A stretch of 64,000 bases of DNA, taken from the IMG/VR virus record IMGVR_UViG_3300025030_000080, positions 1 through 64,000 of that record. The stretch is one strand, 5' to 3'. Of the stretch, positions 1 to 7,419 are shown piece after piece (the stretch's first letter is position 1; the number at the start of each line of letters is the position of its first letter). The position numbers and the translations under genes were made by a program. The notes beneath the pieces were generated by a model. The model was given only the letters and a program-made list of their open reading frames with translations. It searched no databases and was not told the origin of the DNA. Source of the stretch: a virus.

Positions 1-2
1 TG

Positions 3-377
3 CACTGATAAAAGCATAAGGTCTTTTTTTGAATTTCCTTTTCCAGTTACAAATTTTTTTAATACAGTTGGAGGAACGATGATAAAAGGATAATTCGCCA
101 TAAATAAATCTCGTTTTATTATTCCTGCAAGCTCTCCTAATTGAAATATACTGATTGTTTTGGTGATACCAAAAGCAGGACCTTCTATCATTATTAGATC
201 AGGTTTAATCTTACCAACGGATAATCCAATACTAATTGCTATTTTTGTTAATCTTGGTGTATTTTCCTCTTTGGAAGAAGATGTTATGAGTCGTTGTTCT
301 ACAATTTTTTCTTGGGAATCTACAGCTACCAATCCAGTTGCACATAACGATAAATCTAGTCCCATCACTATACTCAT
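3..377 (-). CDS. ruvC: RuvC-like Holliday junction resolvase (3' end runs off the window)
   Basis: Manual translation from ATG at 377 gives MSIVMGLDLSLCATGLV...IIIEGPAFG...LGELAGII...VPPTVLKKFVTGKGNSKKDLM, matching the RuvC motifs. Not in the ORF track because it is truncated. Confidence 0.85.
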   Translation of the reverse strand, partial: MSIVMGLDLSLCATGLVAVDSQEKIVEQRLITSSSKEENTPRLTKIAISIGLSVGKIKPDLIMIEGPAFGITKTISIFQLGELAGIIKRDLFMANYPFIIVPPTVLKKFVTGKGNSKKDLMLLSV

Positions 378-384
378 GGATTTT

Positions 385-849
385 TCATCCTCCTTGGTTC
401 CCAAAGAATTCAACCAAAACAACTTCACCATCCAATGATTTAGCCGTTAATTCTTTTCCGGGGAAATATTTCAATTTAATTATAGACCAAAATAATCCCC
501 GTATAGATTTCAAAGCCTCCGTCTTCCATCTTACTTCTTCTTCTCTTCTTTTTGATTCTACTACTGTATGACTAGTTATATCTAATTTCACTATATTAAT
601 TTGATCTACCATTATATCTGATATGGAAAACATCAGTTTTTTCCAACCAGATAATTGCAATAAAATTATTTCTTGAGGTTGAACGGGGGTTCCTTTATAT
701 TTCCAATTTGGTAATTGTAAAAGTATGGCCGATCCGAATAATTCTTTAGTCAAATGGGTTAAAAACAATTCCCATCGTTTTTCTTCAACGCTAGGACTTA
801 AATTGACTACATTATTTTCATTCATATTAATTCCTACTTTTTGGGACAC
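385..849 (-). CDS. hypothetical protein
   Basis: 154-aa ORF packed between recA and ruvC on the coding strand. Confidence 0.6.
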   Translation of the reverse strand: MSQKVGINMNENNVVNLSPSVEEKRWELFLTHLTKELFGSAILLQLPNWKYKGTPVQPQEIILLQLSGWKKLMFSISDIMVDQINIVKLDITSHTVVESKRREEEVRWKTEALKSIRGLFWSIIKLKYFPGKELTAKSLDGEVVLVEFFGNQGG

Positions 850-1861
850 GTTCAGTTTGAAATTTTTCGTCTATTTCTGTCCACATATTTATAGTTGCAT
901 CTTTAAGTTGTCCTTGTAAATTGTTTTGTTCAATATGGGCAATAGCTTTATCCAAACTTTGGAAACTCTCTGTAACCGCCCAGTAGGTAGTCATAGCAGA
1001 ATTTTCTTTGATATAGATTAAGTTAGCTCTAATATCGTCGATACCATAGTCGAAAATAATATAGATATCAGCTTCTCTATATGGAACATCAATAGAACTT
1101 TTAATAACTTTTACTTTAGAATGAACCCCTACGGCTCTTTTTAAATCTTTCCCTCCCAATTTTATTGTCTTTTCTACTTTTCCAATTTGGGTTACTGCTA
1201 ATCTTAAAGATGCTAAAAATGGTATAGCGTATCCTCCAGCTGTTTTTGTTTTTGCTTGACCAGGCATAGGATCTTGAACATCTTGTACCTGATTTGTAAA
1301 AACTATCAATTTAGTAGGATCTGATATAACTGCTACTGCTTTTCTACAAAGTTGGTGAAGCTCTTTGGCTCGGGCACTCCCTCGTTTATCTCCCTTTTCC
1401 TCTTCCAATTCTGATAATAAAACTGCTACGCTGTCTATGGCTACCAAATTAATACAACCGTTCTCAGATTCTGGAGAACTCATTATTAATTCTTGAGCTT
1501 CTTTGATAAGTCTAGGACGATGTAAATTATCGTCGGTGATTTTTATTCCCATATTTTTTATAAATTCTGGTTGCATTCTTCTTTCTGCATCTCCTATATC
1601 AGCACGTCCTCCTTTGGATTGGGCATCGGCGCACATTTCTCCTATAATGGTAGTCTTACCCCCCATGGGGAGTCCTGCTAATTCCATCAATATTCCTCCA
1701 GGTATACCCCCTCCCCTTCGTATACGACCACTTATAGCGAGGTCTACTAGGGTAGACCCAGTAGAAATTACTTTAGACATATTTAGTTTTTCTTCTTCAG
1801 GTTCTTTAGTAGCTACCAATCCTTTAGCAATATCTTGAATCTTACGTTTAATCAATGGCAT
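827..1861 (-). CDS. recA: RecA/UvsX-like recombinase
   Basis: ISTGSTLVDLAI, Walker A GLPMGGKTT, DAE, Walker B LVAIDSVA, FTNQ, TAGGYAIPF. Confidence 0.92.
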   Translation of the reverse strand: MPLIKRKIQDIAKGLVATKEPEEEKLNMSKVISTGSTLVDLAISGRIRRGGGIPGGILMELAGLPMGGKTTIIGEMCADAQSKGGRADIGDAERRMQPEFIKNMGIKITDDNLHRPRLIKEAQELIMSSPESENGCINLVAIDSVAVLLSELEEEKGDKRGSARAKELHQLCRKAVAVISDPTKLIVFTNQVQDVQDPMPGQAKTKTAGGYAIPFLASLRLAVTQIGKVEKTIKLGGKDLKRAVGVHSKVKVIKSSIDVPYREADIYIIFDYGIDDIRANLIYIKENSAMTTYWAVTESFQSLDKAIAHIEQNNLQGQLKDATINMWTEIDEKFQTERVPKSRN

Positions 1862-2714
1862 TCTGATCTCCTTTTAATAAAACTCTCCATTTGTTGTATA
1901 AATCCCTCTTTAAAAAACTAGAAAATCCATAATCCATGCATATTCCCTCAAATACATTGAAATCTAATTTATCTGGTACTAAATCTACGGGGGTTGATTT
2001 TTTATGGGGGAGTTTTACTAAGGAATAATTAAAAGTAGGGTCAAAAGCATGTATATCTTGATATTTTTTGGAAGAAACTCCTAATTCTGATTTTAGATAT
2101 TTTATAGCAGTTTTTTCACCAACTCCCACCACTCCCTTCACGGAGTCAGATGAACACCCTGCGACCGATTTAACGTAGTACCACATATTGGGATCTATTC
2201 CTTTTTCTTCTATGAAATCATCTTTAGAGTAAATTTTCTTTTCTCTTGGATTATAAATAGACACTTTTGAATTTAGCAATTGATATAAATCTTCGTCCGA
2301 AGTTACGATATAGGTATGATCAAATTCCCAAGCATGGTCATTAGCTATATGAGCAATAATATCGTCTGCTTCTAATCCTGTTTGAATAAAATTATTTTGA
2401 AATCCTAATTTAGGAAGAACTTTGGTACGAATCTCTGTAAATTGGGGTTTACCAGAACGAATTATATCTTCCATCTCGGGATCTTCAACTTGAGGGCGTT
2501 TTTTATAATCGGGGTAAACGTCTCTACGATATGATTTTCTAGAATCCCAAGCAAATGTAAATCGAGGTTGTTCAAAATCTTCGGATAACTTTAAAATCTC
2601 TCTCATGAAACCAAATATAACTCCAGTGGAGTGTTCCTCATAAGAAAGTCCCATCATTGATAACATGGCTCTATATGCTATGAAATTAGAATCAATTATT
2701 AAAAGGTTGCTCAA
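1848..2714 (-). CDS. 5'-3' exonuclease/flap endonuclease (PolI N-terminal / T4 RNase H-like)
   Basis: LIIDSNFIAYR, AWDS...YRRDVYPDYK, EADDII, TSDEDLYQL, GCSSDSVKGVVGVGEKTA. Confidence 0.92.
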   Translation of the reverse strand: MSNLLIIDSNFIAYRAMLSMMGLSYEEHSTGVIFGFMREILKLSEDFEQPRFTFAWDSRKSYRRDVYPDYKKRPQVEDPEMEDIIRSGKPQFTEIRTKVLPKLGFQNNFIQTGLEADDIIAHIANDHAWEFDHTYIVTSDEDLYQLLNSKVSIYNPREKKIYSKDDFIEEKGIDPNMWYYVKSVAGCSSDSVKGVVGVGEKTAIKYLKSELGVSSKKYQDIHAFDPTFNYSLVKLPHKKSTPVDLVPDKLDFNVFEGICMDYGFSSFLKRDLYNKWRVLLKGDQNAID

Positions 2715-2767
2715 ATTTTTTCCTTAATTTTTACGTTTGGTTTCAATTTTATCTCTTTCCATTAGTA

Positions 2768-2885
2768 TGGTGGTCGGGAGTGCCTTCACCCCAAGACATT
2801 TGCTTGGTCAGCACGTTTACCATCCGTGTCTCGCTATCGACGGGCGACAACAATCCCCGCTACTCAAGCAAGAACACTCCCAACC
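2768..2885 (-). ncRNA. putative 118-nt rod-shaped RNA with 3' ACCA end
   Basis: 5' GGUUGGGAGUGUU pairs with 3' GGCACUCCCGACC, followed by unpaired ACCA; inner stem UUGCUUG/CAAGCAA; GC-rich intergenic sequence in an AT-rich genome. Confidence 0.6.
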
Positions 2886-2887
2886 TA

Positions 2888-3009
2888 CGTACCAGTTTCA
2901 GCAGCCGACTCACTGCTTAACGCTCCCTGGTACGATTAAAATGGGGAAGCGGCCCGACCGTTAGTTGTAGTTGTCGCGCTACCACCACAGACCCTAGCCA
3001 CCTCCCCAT
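2888..3009 (-). ncRNA. two further GC-rich hairpins (2888-2934 and 2941-3009), putative ncRNA
   Basis: CGUACCAG/CUGGUACG with inner AGCAG/CUGCU; AUGGGGAGGUGGC/GCCGCUUCCCCAU. Confidence 0.45.
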
Positions 3010-3078
3010 CTCGTAGATGGCTATGGAAACTTTCTCTCCATATTTAATCCCCCTGAAAAGGACTAGGGAAAACCATCT

Positions 3079-3312
3079 TTAATCTTTTACTTCTCCAGTT
3101 ACTATTACCCAATCATTTCCTATCATATCTCCTTCAGATACCAAGAGCCTTGATATACTTCCATCTTTCTTTTTAATGGATAAAAATCCGTTGTAAAGAA
3201 AGATGAATACATTAGGATTATCCCACTCCAGTTTGGAAACTCTCCCCCCAAGAATGATATTTTGAATAGCTTGAGAAAAGTTCATCGTTTTTCTCAAAGG
3301 TGTTTGTTTCAT
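3079..3312 (-). CDS. DUF2829 / Tad2-like small protein (possible anti-defence nucleotide sponge)
   Basis: MNFSQAI...GGRVSKLEW...SEGDMIGNDWVIV resembles the DUF2829 pattern MxFxxAL..GxKVxRxxW...DxLAxDW. Confidence 0.55.
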   Translation of the reverse strand: MKQTPLRKTMNFSQAIQNIILGGRVSKLEWDNPNVFIFLYNGFLSIKKKDGSISRLLVSEGDMIGNDWVIVTGEVKD

Positions 3313-3316
3313 TACT

Positions 3317-4519
3317 TTATCCCCTGGGCCTTAGACCACGCCGAGGTCCTGTAGCAGGAGCCGGTGCCGGAGCCGCTGTTGCAGCCGGTCTAGGTGTAGG
3401 TCTAGGGGTTGCCGGGGCTGCTGGAGTAGGACGGGGAGTGGGTGCCGCAGGGGCTTCTGCCTTGGCTGCATCTAATTTATCTTTCTCAGCCGAGCAATCA
3501 TCCCAAATGGGACAAGCAGCACATTCGTTATACTTTTCACAATCCTCCCCAAATACTCCCCCTACGGGACAAGTTTGGGCACCAGCCGTACCCGGAGCCG
3601 CCGTTGTTTGGACTCGCGGAGTTGCACGGGGGGTAGGAGTTGGATTAACAGCCGGGGCAGGTGTCGGAGGTTCCGCAGCAGGAGCAGCTACCCTGCTTCT
3701 CAATCGAGATTCTGCCGGAGGGACTACTACAGGCTGAGGAGGGGGTAATTCCTCTGTGGGTGCTATATCCCCTCCCCCTGTTCCTTGAAAAGCCTGGTTA
3801 ATTTCATCATATGTAGCATAGTTAATGCATTCATCTAATACGAAAGCAGCGTCAAGAACTTCATCAGGAATGACATAATTCCTATCTACAAACTTATGGG
3901 CAAGAAACTCTGAATTCCGTTTGGTCCCCTTACGGGTAAATGAAATGGACTTTCCGGTATCTGGATCAGAGAAAGCTACGTACATATCGGTGGATTTTCC
4001 GGCCCCCCGAGTAGGAGTTTTAGCCAAAGGAGCAATATGCTTTTCCATAAACCAATGGGCGGCATCGAAGATTTGAACTCCCTTACCCTCTTCTTTTTCA
4101 CTATCATAGCAAAGGATGTTATAAATACTTCGACGCTTGGGGGTAAGTTCTTTCACCAATTCTTCATCGTAATCTTCCTGTCTGCGAACTTCTTCACGAT
4201 ATTCGCAGATAGGGCATTGCTTGTTGTAGTTACGGGCCTGGCAAACATATGCATCTTGGTTAACCCCCACTCCGTAATGAACCCAAAGAATTAAAACGTA
4301 GTTGGGTTCCCCCGGTTTGGTATTAGGATCATGGTTTCCTGCGGGAAAGGGAATAATATCAATGATGTGTTCCCCTTCTCCACATTTCCAAAGTTTACTA
4401 GCAAATTCATCTTTGAAAATGTTCTTAAACTGACCAGAATCATCTCTTTTCTCATACGATTCTTGAGTCTTTCTTGCAAGGGCTTCCTTCATCGCTGCCC
4501 TTCGATCAAGATTTGCCAT
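3317..4519 (-). CDS. gp32-like single-stranded DNA-binding protein with Pro/Ala-rich tail and Cys-rich motif
   Basis: IDIIPF, VHYGVG...CQARNYNKQCPICEY, SDPDTGKSISFTRKG; start placed at MANLDRR (4519) behind a GGAGGAGGG RBS. Confidence 0.75.
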   Translation of the reverse strand: MANLDRRAAMKEALARKTQESYEKRDDSGQFKNIFKDEFASKLWKCGEGEHIIDIIPFPAGNHDPNTKPGEPNYVLILWVHYGVGVNQDAYVCQARNYNKQCPICEYREEVRRQEDYDEELVKELTPKRRSIYNILCYDSEKEEGKGVQIFDAAHWFMEKHIAPLAKTPTRGAGKSTDMYVAFSDPDTGKSISFTRKGTKRNSEFLAHKFVDRNYVIPDEVLDAAFVLDECINYATYDEINQAFQGTGGGDIAPTEELPPPQPVVVPPAESRLRSRVAAPAAEPPTPAPAVNPTPTPRATPRVQTTAAPGTAGAQTCPVGGVFGEDCEKYNECAACPIWDDCSAEKDKLDAAKAEAPAAPTPRPTPAAPATPRPTPRPAATAAPAPAPATGPRRGLRPRG

Positions 4520-4715
4520 TTTTGCCCTCCTCCCCTTTCGGGGTGTTATCCTTGAACAAGTCAAGGAGTTTTTGGGTGTATTTAATCTTAGAGTCCCACC
4601 AACTGTTCAAACAAGCGGTTGATACCACTCTTGTAACAAGATAGATCATCATCATTGCTATTGGTATTCCTATTAAGAAACAAACTACTTGTAACCAAAT
4701 TGGTATATTGGTCAT
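4506..4715 (-). CDS. small membrane protein
   Basis: 69 aa with an N-terminal hydrophobic helix; overlaps neighbours as in an operon. Confidence 0.6.
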   Translation of the reverse strand: MTNIPIWLQVVCFLIGIPIAMMMIYLVTRVVSTACLNSWWDSKIKYTQKLLDLFKDNTPKGEEGKNGKS

Positions 4716-5209
4716 TCGACTCTCTTTCTGATCCGAAGGAGAGACTTTTGATGTTCCGTAGCATCATCGGCTAATTTTCCTATGCCTTCATTATTTAATT
4801 TAACTTCGGAAAAGTAGCCTGAAATATATAATGCTACCAGTTTCTCCAACATGGATCTACGTTGGTCTAGTGCTTCTTTCGCCGCACTATAAATATTGAC
4901 GGCGTATTGAGCATCTGAAACGGCCTTCTCTGCTTGATTTACCTCCTCATTGGATTCTAATGCAGCATTAATAGATCCTTCAGTAACTTTATCAATTCCG
5001 TATTCTCCAGGACGTGACCTGATGTCAATATTCGTATTAGCTTTAACGACTGAAGTTTTACGTTTGGCTTCATCTCTGACTCTGACAGCCTCAGCATATT
5101 CTACTGACCATTTCATAAAACGCCTTGGCTGGTCGAGGCAAGCGGTGGATAAATCATTTTTATCAATTTCTAAATCTTGTTCAATTTCGGTGATTTCTAT
5201 ATCAGCCAT
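4712..5209 (-). CDS. UvsY-like recombination mediator
   Basis: DLEIDKNDL...KVTEGSI helical pattern; lies next to SSB and near recA. Confidence 0.6.
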   Translation of the reverse strand: MADIEITEIEQDLEIDKNDLSTACLDQPRRFMKWSVEYAEAVRVRDEAKRKTSVVKANTNIDIRSRPGEYGIDKVTEGSINAALESNEEVNQAEKAVSDAQYAVNIYSAAKEALDQRRSMLEKLVALYISGYFSEVKLNNEGIGKLADDATEHQKSLLRIRKRVE

Positions 5210-5398
5210 TTTTTCCTCCCAACATATTGGTAAAAATATTTTTATACAATTCTTTCATACTTTCGGCAGCTAAAGTACTTTGTAATAAAGAAGCCGTGGA
5301 TTGAAGTACGGCTATCTTTTCTGCTATATCAAATTCATTCAAATCTTGAAGATTAATAAGGATTTTTGCCACTCCTTCATTTATTTTTATAATATTCA

Positions 5399-7372
5399 TT
5401 AAATTAAAGTTGATAAATATACGGAGCTTATAAGTCCAGCTTTTCCGCAATCATAATAATTATTTGAGAATTCTGATATAAGCTGAGCTACTCTCTTACC
5501 GTTATCATGATTTCCATTTATAAGAACAGAAGAAAGATAACCTAAGATTGCACGTCTAACACTTTCTGGCTCCTGTTCGATATTTTTAAGCATAATTGAT
5601 AATTCTTTCCAACGAGCCGGACCTGGCTCCTTAGCCATAATCTTACGACAAAGCTCTATGATGGTCGTTTCATCAGGAGTATTTTCATTAATAGCTTCAA
5701 GCTGTTTTTCTTCTTCTTTAATATCAATAATTTGGTCTAGAATAACTAGTGCTTTTCTAGCACATCCTTCTGCGGAAAATAAAATAGCATTTTTCACTTT
5801 TTCGGATAATTGAACCCCTTCGGATTCCAAAATCCAATTTACTAATGATATCATATCATGTTTACGAAGGGGGGATACGGTATATATGGTGGATCTAGTT
5901 TTTATTGTATTTAAAAGTTTTTCTGGCTCAGTTGTACAAAGAATAAAGTAAACCCCCTTTGGGGGTTCCTCTAAAATTTTTAGCATTGCATGTTGGAAAT
6001 CTTTGGTTGCTGTATGACAATTATGGGCCAGAATTCCATTTGCAAAATAAGATGGATGCCCGTCTATTTCTAAATCGTAGAATTCGACATACCCTTGATT
6101 TCTTTCTTTATTAGAAATAATACCTCGGAAAGATTCGTCATTATTTCCTGATTGGTAAATCTCAATACTTTCCACCCCAATTCTTTTAGTTTCTCCTCCT
6201 TCTTTTTGTCTCTCAATATAGGATCTCTCCCATTGTGCCCAGGCCCGTCCACTTCTATCGCTATTTTCAATTTGGTATTTCCTATATCCACTTTGTAGTT
6301 TGGAGGATATCCCAAATTGAGCTCCTTTTTTGAAGAATGTCCTGTAAGGATCACTACTTCTGTTTCCCATCCTAGAGATATTGATAACAAAGTTTGGGGT
6401 TCTGTTATTTTTCCATTCCCTCCCCTTTTCCCCTTCCAAATATGAAGGGTTCCGTTCAATCGTTTGGTAGACATAATTTTTTCCATTATTATTGGGTTTT
6501 GAGAAGGGTTGTTTTCTAACATTCTCAAGGAAGATTCTAATCTCATTCGATCCTTCGTTATTTGAGGAATTTTTTTCCATCCCTCTTTCATCTTTCGTAT
6601 TCTCTCTGGATCTGACTTCGCCTTTTTTATTTGGGGAAGAGACTCCCGGAATAGTGCCACACATCGACGAGAACAAAATCTCCTCGTCCTTTCGGAGAGG
6701 AATTTTATCAAAAAGGGAGCTTGGCACCATTCGCAAAGTTTCGTTTCTTCCATTTGGAAGACCCCCTTGTTTAAGGATGTTCCCCATTATACTACTATCG
6801 AGTCCGAAAGTAAAATATTTTTTAAGATTTTTGGCCGGAACCCACTCTCCAGAGGGGGTAAAAAATAAATGATCTTCGCTGCAAATAATATTACGGCCAT
6901 CATTAAAATTTATTTTTACCACTCTATTTATAGGAACTGTATTTTTGAAGGTATTTTTTACTTTACAAAATCCCCCCATACCTTGTACTTTGTCTCCTAT
7001 TTGAATATTTTCTATTGGTACTATTCCTTTATCGCTGCATATAGTGGTTCCTCTAGCGAAACATTCATCAAGAACTATAACTCTTACATCTCCATATAAA
7101 GGTTCAAACTGGCAACTTGCTATAATATCTCTAGCAGTATCAATCCCTCGCATATCAGAAATATTATGTTCGATATAATCCATATCGTTACAACCTAACA
7201 TTTTAGCGATTATTCTTGCAAGTGTGGTCTTTCCGTTTCCAGAGGGTCCTGAAAATAAAATCGTTTTTGGTTTATCCTCTCTTGCTAAAATTGACTTTAA
7301 ACTTTCTTTGATAGCTTCGTTACCAAAGAATTCCTCCAGTGAGGTGGGCCTGTACGATAGAGAAAGCGGCAA
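5399..7372 (-). CDS. dnaX: DnaX-like clamp loader AAA+ ATPase containing an intein
   Basis: YRPTSLEEFFGN, GPSGNGKTT, Walker B VIVLDE|CH split by the intein, LKILEEPP, TIKTRS. Confidence 0.9.
   Translation of the reverse strand: MPLSLSYRPTSLEEFFGNEAIKESLKSILAREDKPKTILFSGPSGNGKTTLARIIAKMLGCNDMDYIEHNISDMRGIDTARDIIASCQFEPLYGDVRVIVLDECFARGTTICSDKGIVPIENIQIGDKVQGMGGFCKVKNTFKNTVPINRVVKINFNDGRNIICSEDHLFFTPSGEWVPAKNLKKYFTFGLDSSIMGNILKQGGLPNGRNETLRMVPSSLFDKIPLRKDEEILFSSMCGTIPGVSSPNKKGEVRSRENTKDERGMEKNSSNNEGSNEIRIFLENVRKQPFSKPNNNGKNYVYQTIERNPSYLEGEKGREWKNNRTPNFVINISRMGNRSSDPYRTFFKKGAQFGISSKLQSGYRKYQIENSDRSGRAWAQWERSYIERQKEGGETKRIGVESIEIYQSGNNDESFRGIISNKERNQGYVEFYDLEIDGHPSYFANGILAHNCHTATKDFQHAMLKILEEPPKGVYFILCTTEPEKLLNTIKTRSTIYTVSPLRKHDMISLVNWILESEGVQLSEKVKNAILFSAEGCARKALVILDQIIDIKEEEKQLEAINENTPDETTIIELCRKIMAKEPGPARWKELSIMLKNIEQEPESVRRAILGYLSSVLINGNHDNGKRVAQLISEFSNNYYDCGKAGLISSVYLSTLI
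6070..6753 (-). CDS. DUF559/Vsr-like endonuclease nested out of frame inside the DnaX intein
   Basis: CEWC...FCSRRC zinc motif; YKVDIG...KIAIEVDGPGH...RDKKKEEKLKELGWKVLRFTN; AAGGGGG RBS upstream. Confidence 0.85.
   Translation of the reverse strand: MEETKLCEWCQAPFLIKFLSERTRRFCSRRCVALFRESLPQIKKAKSDPERIRKMKEGWKKIPQITKDRMRLESSLRMLENNPSQNPIIMEKIMSTKRLNGTLHIWKGKRGGNGKITEPQTLLSISLGWETEVVILTGHSSKKELNLGYPPNYKVDIGNTKLKIAIEVDGPGHNGRDPILRDKKKEEKLKELGWKVLRFTNQEIMTNLSEVLFLIKKEIKGMSNSTI
6786..6814 (-). promoter_or_regulatory. sigma70-like promoter inside the intein, upstream of the nested endonuclease
   Basis: TTTACT-17 nt-TATAAT, about 33 nt upstream of the ATG at 6753. Confidence 0.55.
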
Positions 7373-7389
7373 GGTATCTCCTCCTATCT

Positions 7390-7416
7390 ATTCTACAAGA
7401 AATTAGGGTAAATCAG
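7390..7416 (-). promoter_or_regulatory. phage promoter-like motif, copy 1 (upstream of dnaX)
   Basis: CTGATT-N15(ending TCTTG)-TAGAAT; same architecture at 24251, 28979 and 48404. Confidence 0.5.
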
Positions 7417-7419
7417 GTT

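Larger units (their letters stand above)
6020..7063 (-). mobile_element. intein (348 aa) in Walker B of DnaX
   Basis: Starts CFARGT; block B CSEDHLF; ends FYDLEIDGHPSYFANGILAHN followed by Cys; removal restores LDECH. Confidence 0.92.

Noticed and set aside
2768-3041. tmRNA, SRP RNA, 5S rRNA or hammerhead ribozyme identity for the structured region
   Set aside because: No G3-U70 pair or T-loop, no SRP GGAA/AGCAG domain in the right context, no 5S conserved loops, no CUGAUGA core
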